A DNA stretch of 26,588 nucleotides from Candidatus Heimdallarchaeota archaeon. Its GTDB lineage: Archaea > Asgardarchaeota > Heimdallarchaeia > Heimdallarchaeales > Heimdallarchaeaceae. The notes beneath the pieces were generated by a model. That model was not told the DNA's origin. It made no database searches and saw only the letters and a list, made by a program, of their open reading frames with translations. The DNA lies in contig JAEOSZ010000074.1 of assembly GCA_016840095.1 (NCBI GenBank), positions 1 to 26,588 on the forward strand. Reading direction: 5' to 3'. The translations under genes were made by a program, and so were the position numbers. Shown piece by piece: positions 6,901 through 16,800 of the stretch. Every line of letters starts with the position of its first letter. Positions within the stretch are counted from its first letter, which is position 1.

Positions 6901-9318
6901 TCAATGCACTTTCTTTCTTCTTATAACTATCATTATGAAGATGGTTAATAGAAGGCTTGTTGATAAAAACAGTTCAAAGTGAGTCCTCTCAATTGGAGAT
7001 TCAGTTTCAGTAATGTTACTAATGTGAAACACAATGAAAGAACAAATCGGAACTGTGTAATCGAAATTTGATTCTAATTTCATCTCACTTATTTCCAGTA
7101 AATTGCCATTTTCATAAATTGTAACATTGGCTTTCGAATACTCAGGTACATCAATTCCACTGTCAATTAGCAATTTCTTCAAATTTCCACTCCACTCGAG
7201 ACTACCCATTCTTCTATTTGAAAATACTAAAGCAATTTCTCCTTTGCTGTTTCTAAATCCTTGAACTGCACCAAATGGTACATAAATTGTTTTATCATAC
7301 TGCGTTAATATTTGAATTGGGCTACCTTCCCACTCTATAGGAAATAGAAGATCACCGTCTCTGAAGAAACTGTAGTTGTCGATTTTTCTTGTATTATATG
7401 CGTTAGAAACAATTGAAAAAGGATTAGGATCAAATGAATGAACGCTGGGCATACCTGTTGATCCAGGAATATATCCTCTTAACACCCTTTCACTGATAGC
7501 CCAAATGAAATGATTCATTGAAGTTGGATGAATATCTGCCCAACCACCAAATGAAGTATATTTGTGATAAACATAGCTAAATAATGGAATAGATTTTCCA
7601 TTAGGAAACCAACCATGTACTCCTAAATCAAAGCTTAATTGATAAATCCAGAATTGATCCAGGTATCGTAAATAAGTTTCAAGGATATTCTCTGAACTCA
7701 TAATTGTTTCATTATTTATCGCTCTTAGTTCTTGTCTTACATCTGCTAATAGCTGATTTTGTGCTTCCTGCCACCATGATCCTCCTCCTGGAGGGTGTGT
7801 AGTTACATTTCTGTAATCAAATTGTGGCGAAGCAACTGAAATTTGATCAAGATAAACACCGTCTGCTCCAAAAAACTCGATCGCTCGTTTTGTAAAATTC
7901 TTAACTGTTTCTTGCCACCATTCTGATGCAGGATCAGGAAGTGCAGCTGTAAAATAAGGATTATAGGTTTCAGTATAAATATCATCATAAAATCCAGTCA
8001 TATATTGAGTATTGTTTGCATAGGTATCTGTAGTGACATCAACTAATCTACCATTGAAATATAGCATTACCTTAGCAGATTTGCTGTGAGCATCTGCCAT
8101 TCCATACAACAAGGCCAAATCACCATCGATAGGAGGGTAATATTCAGGAAAATAACGATCATGACCACCTTTTCCCCACGCCCACCATTCGATCAAAAGA
8201 TTATCTGATAAACCCCAGTTATGTAAACTACTAGCTAGAAGTCCTATGTTATCAACTGTATCACCTTCTAAGATTATTTCACCTGTTCCATGATCAGTTG
8301 AATATGAACTTCCTTTCCAGACATAATCGATTTTTTTCAACCAAGTAGGTGTATCATTTCTCAATCCAACAGGACCTTTATCTACATACCATTGTTCAGT
8401 TGCCCATTCCTTGTATATTTCTGCACCTTCAGCCCAGCTATTTCCTTTATACCCTTGTAGTGTAACCCAATAATCCATAGTAAAGTTATTTGATTTCTCA
8501 AATCTCATGTTATCTGCTGTATGAGTAATTTGAGCATGAATGGTCTTCTTGACCCAATTATCACCACCAATTCCAAATTCCTTATGTCTACTGCTGCTAT
8601 CATACGATGAAAGAACAAAACCTCCTACCTTAGGCTCTACTAGAACAATGAATTGCATCGACATGGTTCCAGGATATTCTCTATAAAATTCATAATCCAA
8701 TATTGAGTTGATTGCATTTTCTACCAACCATCCTGTTCTGTCTGGAAACGCGATCTGTTCAATAGATGGATCTCTCCCCCATCCTTTGATACCAGAAATA
8801 TGAGGTACAGTTGCTTTGCTTATTCCAGGATGGTTCTCACTTGAAGTTATATTGATATTGAAATTGACACCAATTTGTGGTTCATCTAATTGAATAGTCA
8901 AAATAACATTCATATATTCTGAATCGATAAGAACTTGATATTCTAGTTCAACCTTGCTTGAACTTATAATAGAATAGACGAAGTTGGAACTCCAGGATGA
9001 ATCATACCATCTCCCATCTATTAATTCAAAGCTCCAGAGATATCCTATCTCTTCTGAATCTAATTCTATTTCTTTTGAAGTGAGAATATTTTTTATTGAA
9101 GAAATGGAACCTTTATTTCCTAGATCAAGAATCATCTCTATTGTTGTACTATTTAGAACCAAAGAATCTCCATCAACATCGATTTGTTGCTTTACAGAGC
9201 TATTATTGTTGGATTCCAATAAGTTTCCTATTTCAGCTTTGGATTGTGAGGCTCCATTTGGAAGAATAACTAGCGAAAATAGAATAATCAAAAGGAGAGT
9301 ATATGGTGTTGCTTTCAT
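6901..9318 (-). CDS. Secreted, C-terminally anchored putative glycoside hydrolase (DUF6259-like TIM barrel)
   Basis: Signal peptide; Trp/Tyr-rich barrel with YFPEYYP, MLYFNGR, GADGVYLDQI, HPPGGGSWW and SSEN; C-terminal TM helix plus RRKK. Confidence 0.7.
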   Translation of the reverse strand: MKATPYTLLLIILFSLVILPNGASQSKAEIGNLLESNNNSSVKQQIDVDGDSLVLNSTTIEMILDLGNKGSISSIKNILTSKEIELDSEEIGYLWSFELIDGRWYDSSWSSNFVYSIISSSKVELEYQVLIDSEYMNVILTIQLDEPQIGVNFNINITSSENHPGISKATVPHISGIKGWGRDPSIEQIAFPDRTGWLVENAINSILDYEFYREYPGTMSMQFIVLVEPKVGGFVLSSYDSSSRHKEFGIGGDNWVKKTIHAQITHTADNMRFEKSNNFTMDYWVTLQGYKGNSWAEGAEIYKEWATEQWYVDKGPVGLRNDTPTWLKKIDYVWKGSSYSTDHGTGEIILEGDTVDNIGLLASSLHNWGLSDNLLIEWWAWGKGGHDRYFPEYYPPIDGDLALLYGMADAHSKSAKVMLYFNGRLVDVTTDTYANNTQYMTGFYDDIYTETYNPYFTAALPDPASEWWQETVKNFTKRAIEFFGADGVYLDQISVASPQFDYRNVTTHPPGGGSWWQEAQNQLLADVRQELRAINNETIMSSENILETYLRYLDQFWIYQLSFDLGVHGWFPNGKSIPLFSYVYHKYTSFGGWADIHPTSMNHFIWAISERVLRGYIPGSTGMPSVHSFDPNPFSIVSNAYNTRKIDNYSFFRDGDLLFPIEWEGSPIQILTQYDKTIYVPFGAVQGFRNSKGEIALVFSNRRMGSLEWSGNLKKLLIDSGIDVPEYSKANVTIYENGNLLEISEMKLESNFDYTVPICSFIVFHISNITETESPIERTHFELFLSTSLLLTIFIMIVIRRKKVH

Positions 9319-9442
9319 TACTTAATAAGAACAAAGTGAAATTAAAAATATTATCCCATATTTCTAATTTTGATATCACTTTTTCCATTCATTTTCACAT
9401 ATTTCTCTCTAATTTTGAAGAAAAAAAAATGTTTCGAGCAAG

Positions 9443-9482
9443 GAATCTTACCACACAATAAGATGTTTATGTGGTAAGATTC
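9443..9482. repeat. 40-bp palindromic element, copy 2
   Basis: GAATCTTACCAC-16 nt-GTGGTAAGATTC; arms identical to copy 1, spacer different. Confidence 0.9.
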
Positions 9483-9539
9483 TTTTTGTTATCAGTTTTT
9501 TAATTATTTCTAGTGTAAGAAAAAAGAATGGAAAGAATT

Positions 9540-11093
9540 CTATTGATTCTTTCTTCTTCTATTTATTACCGGAACTGCTAGGATTGATATAAGAGCCATC
9601 AAAATAGATATTGTTAATGCGAAACTCGATTTCTTTGGAAGCTCTTGTGCTTCAAAGATTAGTACCATTTCATTGTTCTCTTCAGATACTTCATCTAATT
9701 CACTATCTATATCCAAGGTTAACACTGCATTAACAGTTTCAGGTTGCTCAGGAGTATAAGAAATGATTACTTCATAGCCTTCATTGATATCTAAAGGTGG
9801 AATTATAGCATATTGAGTCCCTTCTGCACCTTCATACTTTAATCGGGTTTCTACAGTTATGTTTTGCTCTCCAGTATTTCTTACCATGATAGGAACTTCG
9901 AAAGTTTCATTCCAGTATTTAGTATATTTTATTGGTAAAGATTCAAAACTTAAATCTACTTTGTCTACTTTGTTTTTAACATATTGATCCATAACGGAGT
10001 AATCCTTTCTATATGTTATAGTTTGTAATTTGTTCTCATCAACTTCGAAGATGACAAAATTATAATCTGCTTCCATATATACTGAGAAGGGTAATTGTTG
10101 TTGAGGTAGTGGATTATACAATCTACTACCTGCTCCACCTGAGATGATATAAGTTACATTATTCAGAAACATCCTCTCATATCCATGCTCATGACCCATA
10201 ACAACAACATCAACCTGGTATGCTTCAAAAATTGGAACGAATGTTTCGTTAATTAATTTATACCATTCAGATAGTTCATAATGTCTAGGAAATGATGAAA
10301 ATGGTGGTCTGTGCATCATTACAACTGTCCACAAGGCATCATCATTTGCTGCTAAATCCGCTTCTAACCATGCAGCTTGATTATCATAGTCTCCACCTAG
10401 ATCTTCATATCCTTCATAATATGTATGAAGAACTGGAAAATGAATTGGTCCATAGTCAAAGGAGTAAAATTCTTCTCCACCAGGAAGTGCAAAGAATTCA
10501 TAATAATAGGAGTGGTTCTTTTCATGATTACCCATCGTTGTCATAAAAGGAGTGTCAACTGTTATTCTTCTAAAAGAATGAAACCAGTCATACCATTCTG
10601 TTACTTCAGATGATATTTCAACAAAGTCTCCAGTATATAATGAAAAATCGACTGTTATCGGATCAATAGCATTAATTATTTCATATCTTGCAGGAGTGCT
10701 ACTTTGAGAATCACCAAAATCCAAAAATTTGGTATAATTGCCTGTTCTCCCAGTTCTGAATAGATAATCAGGACTCCAAGTAGTCCCATCTCCCACTCTG
10801 TAATGATAAAAAGTCTCAGGTGTTAGTCCAGTTATTTCTACATGATGCCATTTTCCAGCTACTCCTTCTTCTTGACTTCCATAAGAAGAATCCAAACCAT
10901 ATTGGACAATGGAAGAAGTACTAACATCAGTCATCCAACTCATTGTCATAGTTGTTTTAGGATCATGTTGCCAAGTAAGATGAAGATGTTGAACATCAAA
11001 GTCAGCTGCTTGTAAATTTATCAAATTATTAGTTATTGGAACTAAAAAACTAAGTATTAAAACCAAAGCAAAAGCTTTCCTTAATATTTGCAT
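9540..11093 (-). CDS. Purple acid phosphatase-like metallophosphoesterase with N-terminal FN3-like domain, CARDB-like domain and C-terminal membrane anchor
   Basis: Signal peptide; HLTW..DPKTTMTMSW...HHVEITGLTPETFYHYRVG; FGDSQ, GDFV, GNHE, HRPP and GHEH metal motifs; VRNTG...DEVSEENN (CARDB); TM plus RRRK. Confidence 0.88.
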   Translation of the reverse strand: MQILRKAFALVLILSFLVPITNNLINLQAADFDVQHLHLTWQHDPKTTMTMSWMTDVSTSSIVQYGLDSSYGSQEEGVAGKWHHVEITGLTPETFYHYRVGDGTTWSPDYLFRTGRTGNYTKFLDFGDSQSSTPARYEIINAIDPITVDFSLYTGDFVEISSEVTEWYDWFHSFRRITVDTPFMTTMGNHEKNHSYYYEFFALPGGEEFYSFDYGPIHFPVLHTYYEGYEDLGGDYDNQAAWLEADLAANDDALWTVVMMHRPPFSSFPRHYELSEWYKLINETFVPIFEAYQVDVVVMGHEHGYERMFLNNVTYIISGGAGSRLYNPLPQQQLPFSVYMEADYNFVIFEVDENKLQTITYRKDYSVMDQYVKNKVDKVDLSFESLPIKYTKYWNETFEVPIMVRNTGEQNITVETRLKYEGAEGTQYAIIPPLDINEGYEVIISYTPEQPETVNAVLTLDIDSELDEVSEENNEMVLIFEAQELPKKSSFALTISILMALISILAVPVINRRRKNQ

Positions 11094-11176
11094 GAATGAA
11101 GTACAGGTATTTTTCTTTTAAAGTTTACTTACTCAATGAAAAATTTTTGAACAAAAGTAAAAGGGAAGTTGTTTTA

Positions 11177-11344
11177 TTATTTGTCTATTCCCATTGCAGC
11201 AGCGGATAGTTTTCGTCTCAACCTTCTACTGGTTAGTCCCCTATTTAGTTTTCTGAGAGCCCAGAAAGCAAAACCGAATACTACTCCAAAGATTGTTAAT
11301 ACTATGAATACACTAATGATTGATGGGATGACTATTGGAGCCAT
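11177..11344 (-). CDS. 55-aa single-pass membrane peptide (OadG/MmdD-like topology); not in the ORF track
   Basis: MAPIVIPSIISVFIVLTIFGVVFGFAFWALRKLNRGLTSRRLRRKLSAAAMGIDK; AGGTG Shine-Dalgarno and a TTTAAAA box upstream; obeys the positive-inside rule. Confidence 0.7.
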   Translation of the reverse strand: MAPIVIPSIISVFIVLTIFGVVFGFAFWALRKLNRGLTSRRLRRKLSAAAMGIDK

Positions 11345-11418
11345 AGTTTCTTAACACCTACACAAAGAAAATCTTATACATTTTTAAACTTTTATGTTGG
11401 AGAATTAATATCGTTAGT

Positions 11419-12162
11419 TCAGGTATTCAGATTATTTGACTGATCTATCTGAATTTCGATGTAAGAATGATTCGAAGATTCAAGTTTTAGCAATCCTGTT
11501 TCTGAAATTCCTATGCATTTGAATACAGAAGATTGGTATTCAAATTTCCTGTTTATATCCAATGAATTTTCATTGAAAAAAGAAACTAACTTCTCATAAT
11601 CTTCTGCTATAGTTAAATTAACAAAACTAAACAAGGATTCAGTAATAAGTTTTACAAGATCATCCCTTTTGACTGAATGATGAATAATATCTTCAAGAAA
11701 CACAGCTGGAATGCAATCTAGATTTTGAGAAATATCACTTTCTCGTGAAATATTAACTCCTATTCCTAATAGTAGAAAATCTGCTTTTTTAGTCACTAAC
11801 TCTATTAAAATTCCTCCCAATTTTCTATTTTTATAGTATATATCATTCGGCCATTTTACAAGAATTTCAACAGAGTAAATATTCTTGAGAACTTGTTGAA
11901 CTCCAAGAGCTGCTGCATAGTGTAAAAAACGTAATTGTATACTGTTTAGTTGTGACATAAGAGGAAATGCATAGGTCATGTAAAGACCTCCTAATGGCGA
12001 AAACCATGCTGAATCATATCTTCCTCTTCCTCTTGTTTGTTGATTTGAGATTACTAAAATTGGTTTTGCAGTATCTTCTAAGATATGATCTAAAACCACA
12101 TCCATAGTAGATGACACTTCTTTATAATGAACAGTGTTCATAGATTCAACTTTATATGCCAC
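11419..12162 (-). CDS. birA: Biotin--[acyl-CoA carboxylase] ligase (no N-terminal HTH)
   Basis: VSSTM, QTRGRGR, WFSPLGGLYMT, KWPNDIY, KLGGILIE and GIGVN motifs. Confidence 0.93.
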   Translation of the reverse strand: MAYKVESMNTVHYKEVSSTMDVVLDHILEDTAKPILVISNQQTRGRGRYDSAWFSPLGGLYMTYAFPLMSQLNSIQLRFLHYAAALGVQQVLKNIYSVEILVKWPNDIYYKNRKLGGILIELVTKKADFLLLGIGVNISRESDISQNLDCIPAVFLEDIIHHSVKRDDLVKLITESLFSFVNLTIAEDYEKLVSFFNENSLDINRKFEYQSSVFKCIGISETGLLKLESSNHSYIEIQIDQSNNLNT

Positions 12163-12258
12163 AAGACCGCTACAGAAATGGTATGTTATAAAGCTTTTTT
12201 CATTTCTTCGTCATAAATGAAGATGTTGTTTTTATTCAACTAATTTGAATGAATTATA

Positions 12259-13836
12259 ATGTATCTAAATAATAATAATAGAGCTAATGAGAAAGAAGAA
12301 TCAAATTATGATAAGCTCTTAGATAAAAGACAAAAAAGTCTAGAAGGAGGAGGGAAACAAAGAATAGAGAATCAACACAAGAAGGGTAAACTAACTGCAC
12401 GAGAAAGAATTGAAGTGCTAGTTGATGAAAACTCATTCGTTGAAATTGACTCTCTTGTAACACATCAAGCTCAAAAATTCAATTTAGAAAATAACAAGCC
12501 TTTAGGTGATGGAGTGGTTACTGGTCATGCAATTATCGCTGAAAGGCAAGTTTTCATTTATAGTCAAGATTTCACTATATTTGGGGGGAGTTTGGGTAGG
12601 GCTCAGGCAACTAAGATATGTAAAGTAATGGATCTAGCAATAAAAACTGGAAATCCAATTATTGGTATCTTAGATTCAGGTGGTGCAAGAATACAAGAGG
12701 GGGTTGCTTCACTAGCTGGTTATGGGGATATATTCTATAGAAATACTCAAGCATCTGGAGTTATTCCTCAAATTTCAATTATTCTAGGTCCATGTGCAGG
12801 AGGAGCAGTTTATTCTCCAGCTTTAACAGATTTTGTTTTAATGAACAAAGAAAATTCCTTCATGTTTGTAACCGGTCCAGAAGTTGTAAAAGCTGTTACT
12901 GGTGAAGAAATATCTTTTTACGATTTAGGTGGAAGTGGAGTTCATAGCAGGAAAACTGGTGTTAGTCATCTAGTTGGAGAAAATGAAGAAAAAACCTTAG
13001 ACATTGCTAGAAAACTTTTATCCTATCTTCCCTCAAATAATCTTTGTGATCCTCCATTTAATCCTGAGATTATAGAGGAAATTGATCAACATTCTCTCCG
13101 TGAGATAATCCCTGATTTGGAAAATGAACCTTATGATATGAAAGAAATCATAAGCACTATATTTGATTCTGATAGCTTTCTTGAATTGAATGAAGACTGG
13201 GCAAAAAACATAATCGTTGGTTTTGCTCGAATACAAGGATTATCAACAGGTATAATAGCTAACCAGCCTCTCTTCTTAGGAGGAGCAATTGACTATAATG
13301 CAGCAGATAAAGCATCACGGTTTATTCGTTTTTGTGATTCATTCAACATACCTGTTTTAACACTAGTTGATGTTCCTGGTTTCCTTCCTGGTGTTAAACA
13401 AGAACATGAAGGAATTATTCGTCATGGAGCAAAGCTACTTTATGCTTATTCAGAAGCATCAGTTCCAAAGATTTCGATTATTGTACGAAAAGCATATGGT
13501 GGAGCTTACATAGTGATGAGTTCTAAACATCTGGGAACAGATATTAATCTAGCTTGGCCATCAGCAGAGATCGCTGTTATGGGAGCAGAAGGTGCATGTA
13601 GGATTCTCTATAAGAACAAATTGAAAGATGCGGAGAATCCAGAAGAAGTTCTTGAAGAATTTACTGCTGAATTCAAAGAAGAGTTTGCTAATCCATATCA
13701 AGCTGCAGAATTAGGTTATGTTGACAAGGTAATATTTCCCGAAGAAACTCGAAAGGAAATTATTACTTCATTACTTTTACTTCAAAATAAAAGAGAACAG
13801 TCTCCTAAAAGAAAACATGGAATTTCTCCTGTCTGA
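12259..13836 (+). CDS. pccB: Acyl-CoA (acetyl/propionyl-CoA) carboxylase carboxyltransferase subunit
   Basis: QHKKGKLTARERI, GDGVVTG, QDFTIFGGSLG, DSGGARIQEG, GPCAGGAVYSPA, VDVPGFLPG, RKAYGGAY and KRKHG motifs. Confidence 0.93.
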   Translation: MYLNNNNRANEKEESNYDKLLDKRQKSLEGGGKQRIENQHKKGKLTARERIEVLVDENSFVEIDSLVTHQAQKFNLENNKPLGDGVVTGHAIIAERQVFIYSQDFTIFGGSLGRAQATKICKVMDLAIKTGNPIIGILDSGGARIQEGVASLAGYGDIFYRNTQASGVIPQISIILGPCAGGAVYSPALTDFVLMNKENSFMFVTGPEVVKAVTGEEISFYDLGGSGVHSRKTGVSHLVGENEEKTLDIARKLLSYLPSNNLCDPPFNPEIIEEIDQHSLREIIPDLENEPYDMKEIISTIFDSDSFLELNEDWAKNIIVGFARIQGLSTGIIANQPLFLGGAIDYNAADKASRFIRFCDSFNIPVLTLVDVPGFLPGVKQEHEGIIRHGAKLLYAYSEASVPKISIIVRKAYGGAYIVMSSKHLGTDINLAWPSAEIAVMGAEGACRILYKNKLKDAENPEEVLEEFTAEFKEEFANPYQAAELGYVDKVIFPEETRKEIITSLLLLQNKREQSPKRKHGISPV

Positions 13837-13845
13837 GGTTTTATT

Positions 13846-16800
13846 ATGAAAACAAAAAAACAATTAGAAAAAGAACTGAAACTAAATAGTATTATTTGGG
13901 GTTATTCTCCAAAAGGCATAAAAGATCCTCAACTCGCAATTGAATTGTCTAAAAATGGTGGTGTAGGTTTAGTTGATCTTGAAGGTTTAGACAAAGAAAT
14001 ATCCAAGCAAGTTATTGAAACATGTTTTAACGAAATACCTTCTGATAAATTGTGGGGAGTTAGATTTCCTGATGTTGAATCATTATCTGTTCTCTCAGAG
14101 GTAGATTTACTTCCAATAGGTATAATTGCATTTGAAGTTGACCAGAGTAACTTAGCAAAGATAAGTTCTAAAATCAAATGGAAGGTAGCTGAAGTTGTTA
14201 ATCTAGAAGCAGCTCATAAGAGAACTGAATGGGCTGATTTCTTTTTAGCAAAGGGATTTGAGTCAGGTGGAAAGATAGGAGAACAGACCTCCTTCATACT
14301 AATTCAAGAATTCCATAAAGCTGGATATCCTTTTATCATACAAGGTGGATTTGGTGTTTACAATATAGTTTCTGCTATAGTAGGAGGAGCTCTAGGTGTT
14401 GTACTTGAAGGACAACTCTATTTACTTCCTGAATGTCCTCTTAACGTTTCAACTAAGGAGTACCTTGAGAGCTTAGATGAGAGTGATTCTTATATTGTAG
14501 GAGAAAGCTTTGCAACTAAATACCGCTTGATAGGTAAAATAGCAAATAATGTTATTCGAGATCTGAAAAAGTTTGAAAAAGATAATTCAGATAGTGAAGA
14601 AGAAGTTTTACTAGACTATCTGAGAGATATTTCAAATCAGTCTCAATATTTTGATTCAGAAGAAATAAAACATTCATTCTTACCTAGTGACTTAGGTTTT
14701 TGTTTTGGTCCCTTTATTAGAGATATGTTCAACAATCTAGTAGTTTTCCTAGTTTCAATTCAAGATATAATAGATGATCAAATAAGTAAAATTTCTAAAG
14801 ATTGGCCTTTTAAAGAAGGAAGTGAGTTTGCACAAAGCTTGGATATTAGGTTTCCAATAATTCAAGGTCCAATGGCAAATATAACTGATAACACAGAATT
14901 TGCTATCAAAGTTGCGAAAGAAGGAGCTTTACCTGTATTAGCAATGGGTGGTCTCCTAAAAGAAGAAACAGAAATATTATTTGAAGAATTTTCAGCAAAA
15001 TTTCCACAAAATCAAAACTATGCTGGTGGAATTATTGGTCTAGAAGTGATGAAAGAGAGAAGAGAAGCTCATATTTCATTGATGGAACAATACAAGACTC
15101 CATTATGTCTTATTGCAGCTGGTTCTATTCAGTTAGCGGTCAGAATTCAGAAAACTGGTATGAGAACGATTGTTCATACTCCTGCATTAAGTTTGTTTAA
15201 AGAAGCTATCAAAAATAATCTTGATTATCTGATTTTAGAAGGTAGTGAATGCGGAGGGCATATTGGAAATCTTACATCAATGATACTTTGGGAAACAGTA
15301 CTTCAATATTTTACAGTCAATGTTTCAGAATTACCTGATGAAGTAAACATTGTTTTTGCTGGAGGTATAGGTGATGAACTAGGTGCAGCAATGGTTGCAG
15401 CAATGCTTGGTGTTCATCTTGATATGATAAATCCTGGAATTCAAATGGGGACTGCTTACTTACTAACAGATGAGATTGTTAACACTAGAGCTCTTACTCC
15501 TTTATACCAAGAAAAATTACTAAATTCATCAGTAACAAGAATTATTGGTTCTACAGTTAATACTAGAGCAAGAACCATTCCGTCTAAGTTTGTTACAAAA
15601 ACTATCGAAGATGAGAGAAGCAGAATTAAAGAAGGAATATCAATCAGTGAAAGAAAAAAACTCTACGAGCAAGATAATCTAGGTGCATTGAGAATTGCAG
15701 CTAAAGCTGAAATATGGAACAATGAACATACGCCAGGAGGAGATTCAACTCAATTTTTGTTTGTTGATGAAAAGAAACAAGAATCCTTAGGATGCTTTAT
15801 GGCCGGTGAAATCATTAGTTTGAAACGAAATGTTGTTCAAATTAAAGATCTACATTATGATATTGTAGTTGCAGGAAAAGAAGTAATAAAACCAATAAAG
15901 AACATGCTTAGAAGAGATAAAGAGGTTGAATTTGAAAAAGAAAGCTCAGAAGTTACATTACAGGAAATATCAACACAAAATAGAATAGCAATAGTTGGTT
16001 TAGGTTGTATATTTCCAGATTCTTCTAATATCAATGAATACTGGGAAAACATTATCGATAAGAAGTACTCAATTACTGAGGTTTCTGACTCGAGATGGAA
16101 CAAATCAATACATTATGATGATGATAAAACTGCTAGAAATAAAACCTATTCGAAAATAGGTGCATTCATTAAAGATTACAAGTTTAATCCTTTAAATTAT
16201 CGAATCCCTCCCAAAATTGCTGATAATATGGATGATGTTCAGAAGTGGTCTCTTGATGCAGCAAAACAAGCTTTAGAAGATGCAGGATTACCTACAGACG
16301 GTAAAACAAGACTACCAATACCTGTGATTGTTGGAAATGCTTTAGGAGGGGAAAACCAGAGGGTAACAAACAAAGCAATTTTTGCTCCTGAATTCCTTTA
16401 TGAGCTAGAACAAGATAACGTTTTCCAATCTCTTGAAAAAGAAAAACAAAGTTCTCTACTTGAAAATCTCAAATTAAAATACAATTCCTTGTTTCCACCG
16501 ATTAATGAAGATTCTATGCCAGGAGAGCTATCAAATATAATTTCAGGACGAATAGCTAATGTGTTCAATCTTACAGGAAAATCTATGACTACTGATGCAG
16601 CTTGTGCTTCTAGTATAGCTGCACTCGATACAGCTGTAAAGTCACTAACTTCTGGTGACTTTGATTTAGTATTAGTAGGAGGAGCTGATAGATCAATGGA
16701 TGTAGTATCTTACATCAAATTCAGCAAAATTGGTGCTCTTTCCTCAACTGGATCACGTCCATTTGATAATAGTGCAGATGGCTTTGTCATGGGCGAAGGA

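Noticed and set aside
6782-9482. Palindromes as a CRISPR array or classical integron attC sites
   Set aside because: There are only two copies, 2.66 kb apart, with no spacer periodicity and no cas or integrase gene in the window. I could not place clear RYYYAAC/GTTRRRY ends.
11169-11354. 61-aa plus-strand ORF
   Set aside because: It is the shadow of the better-supported minus-strand peptide at 11177-11344 (SD, ATG, TM helix).
11177-13836. Na+-pumping methylmalonyl-CoA decarboxylase
   Set aside because: No membrane beta subunit is present in the window, and a biotin carboxylase is, which favours a carboxylase.
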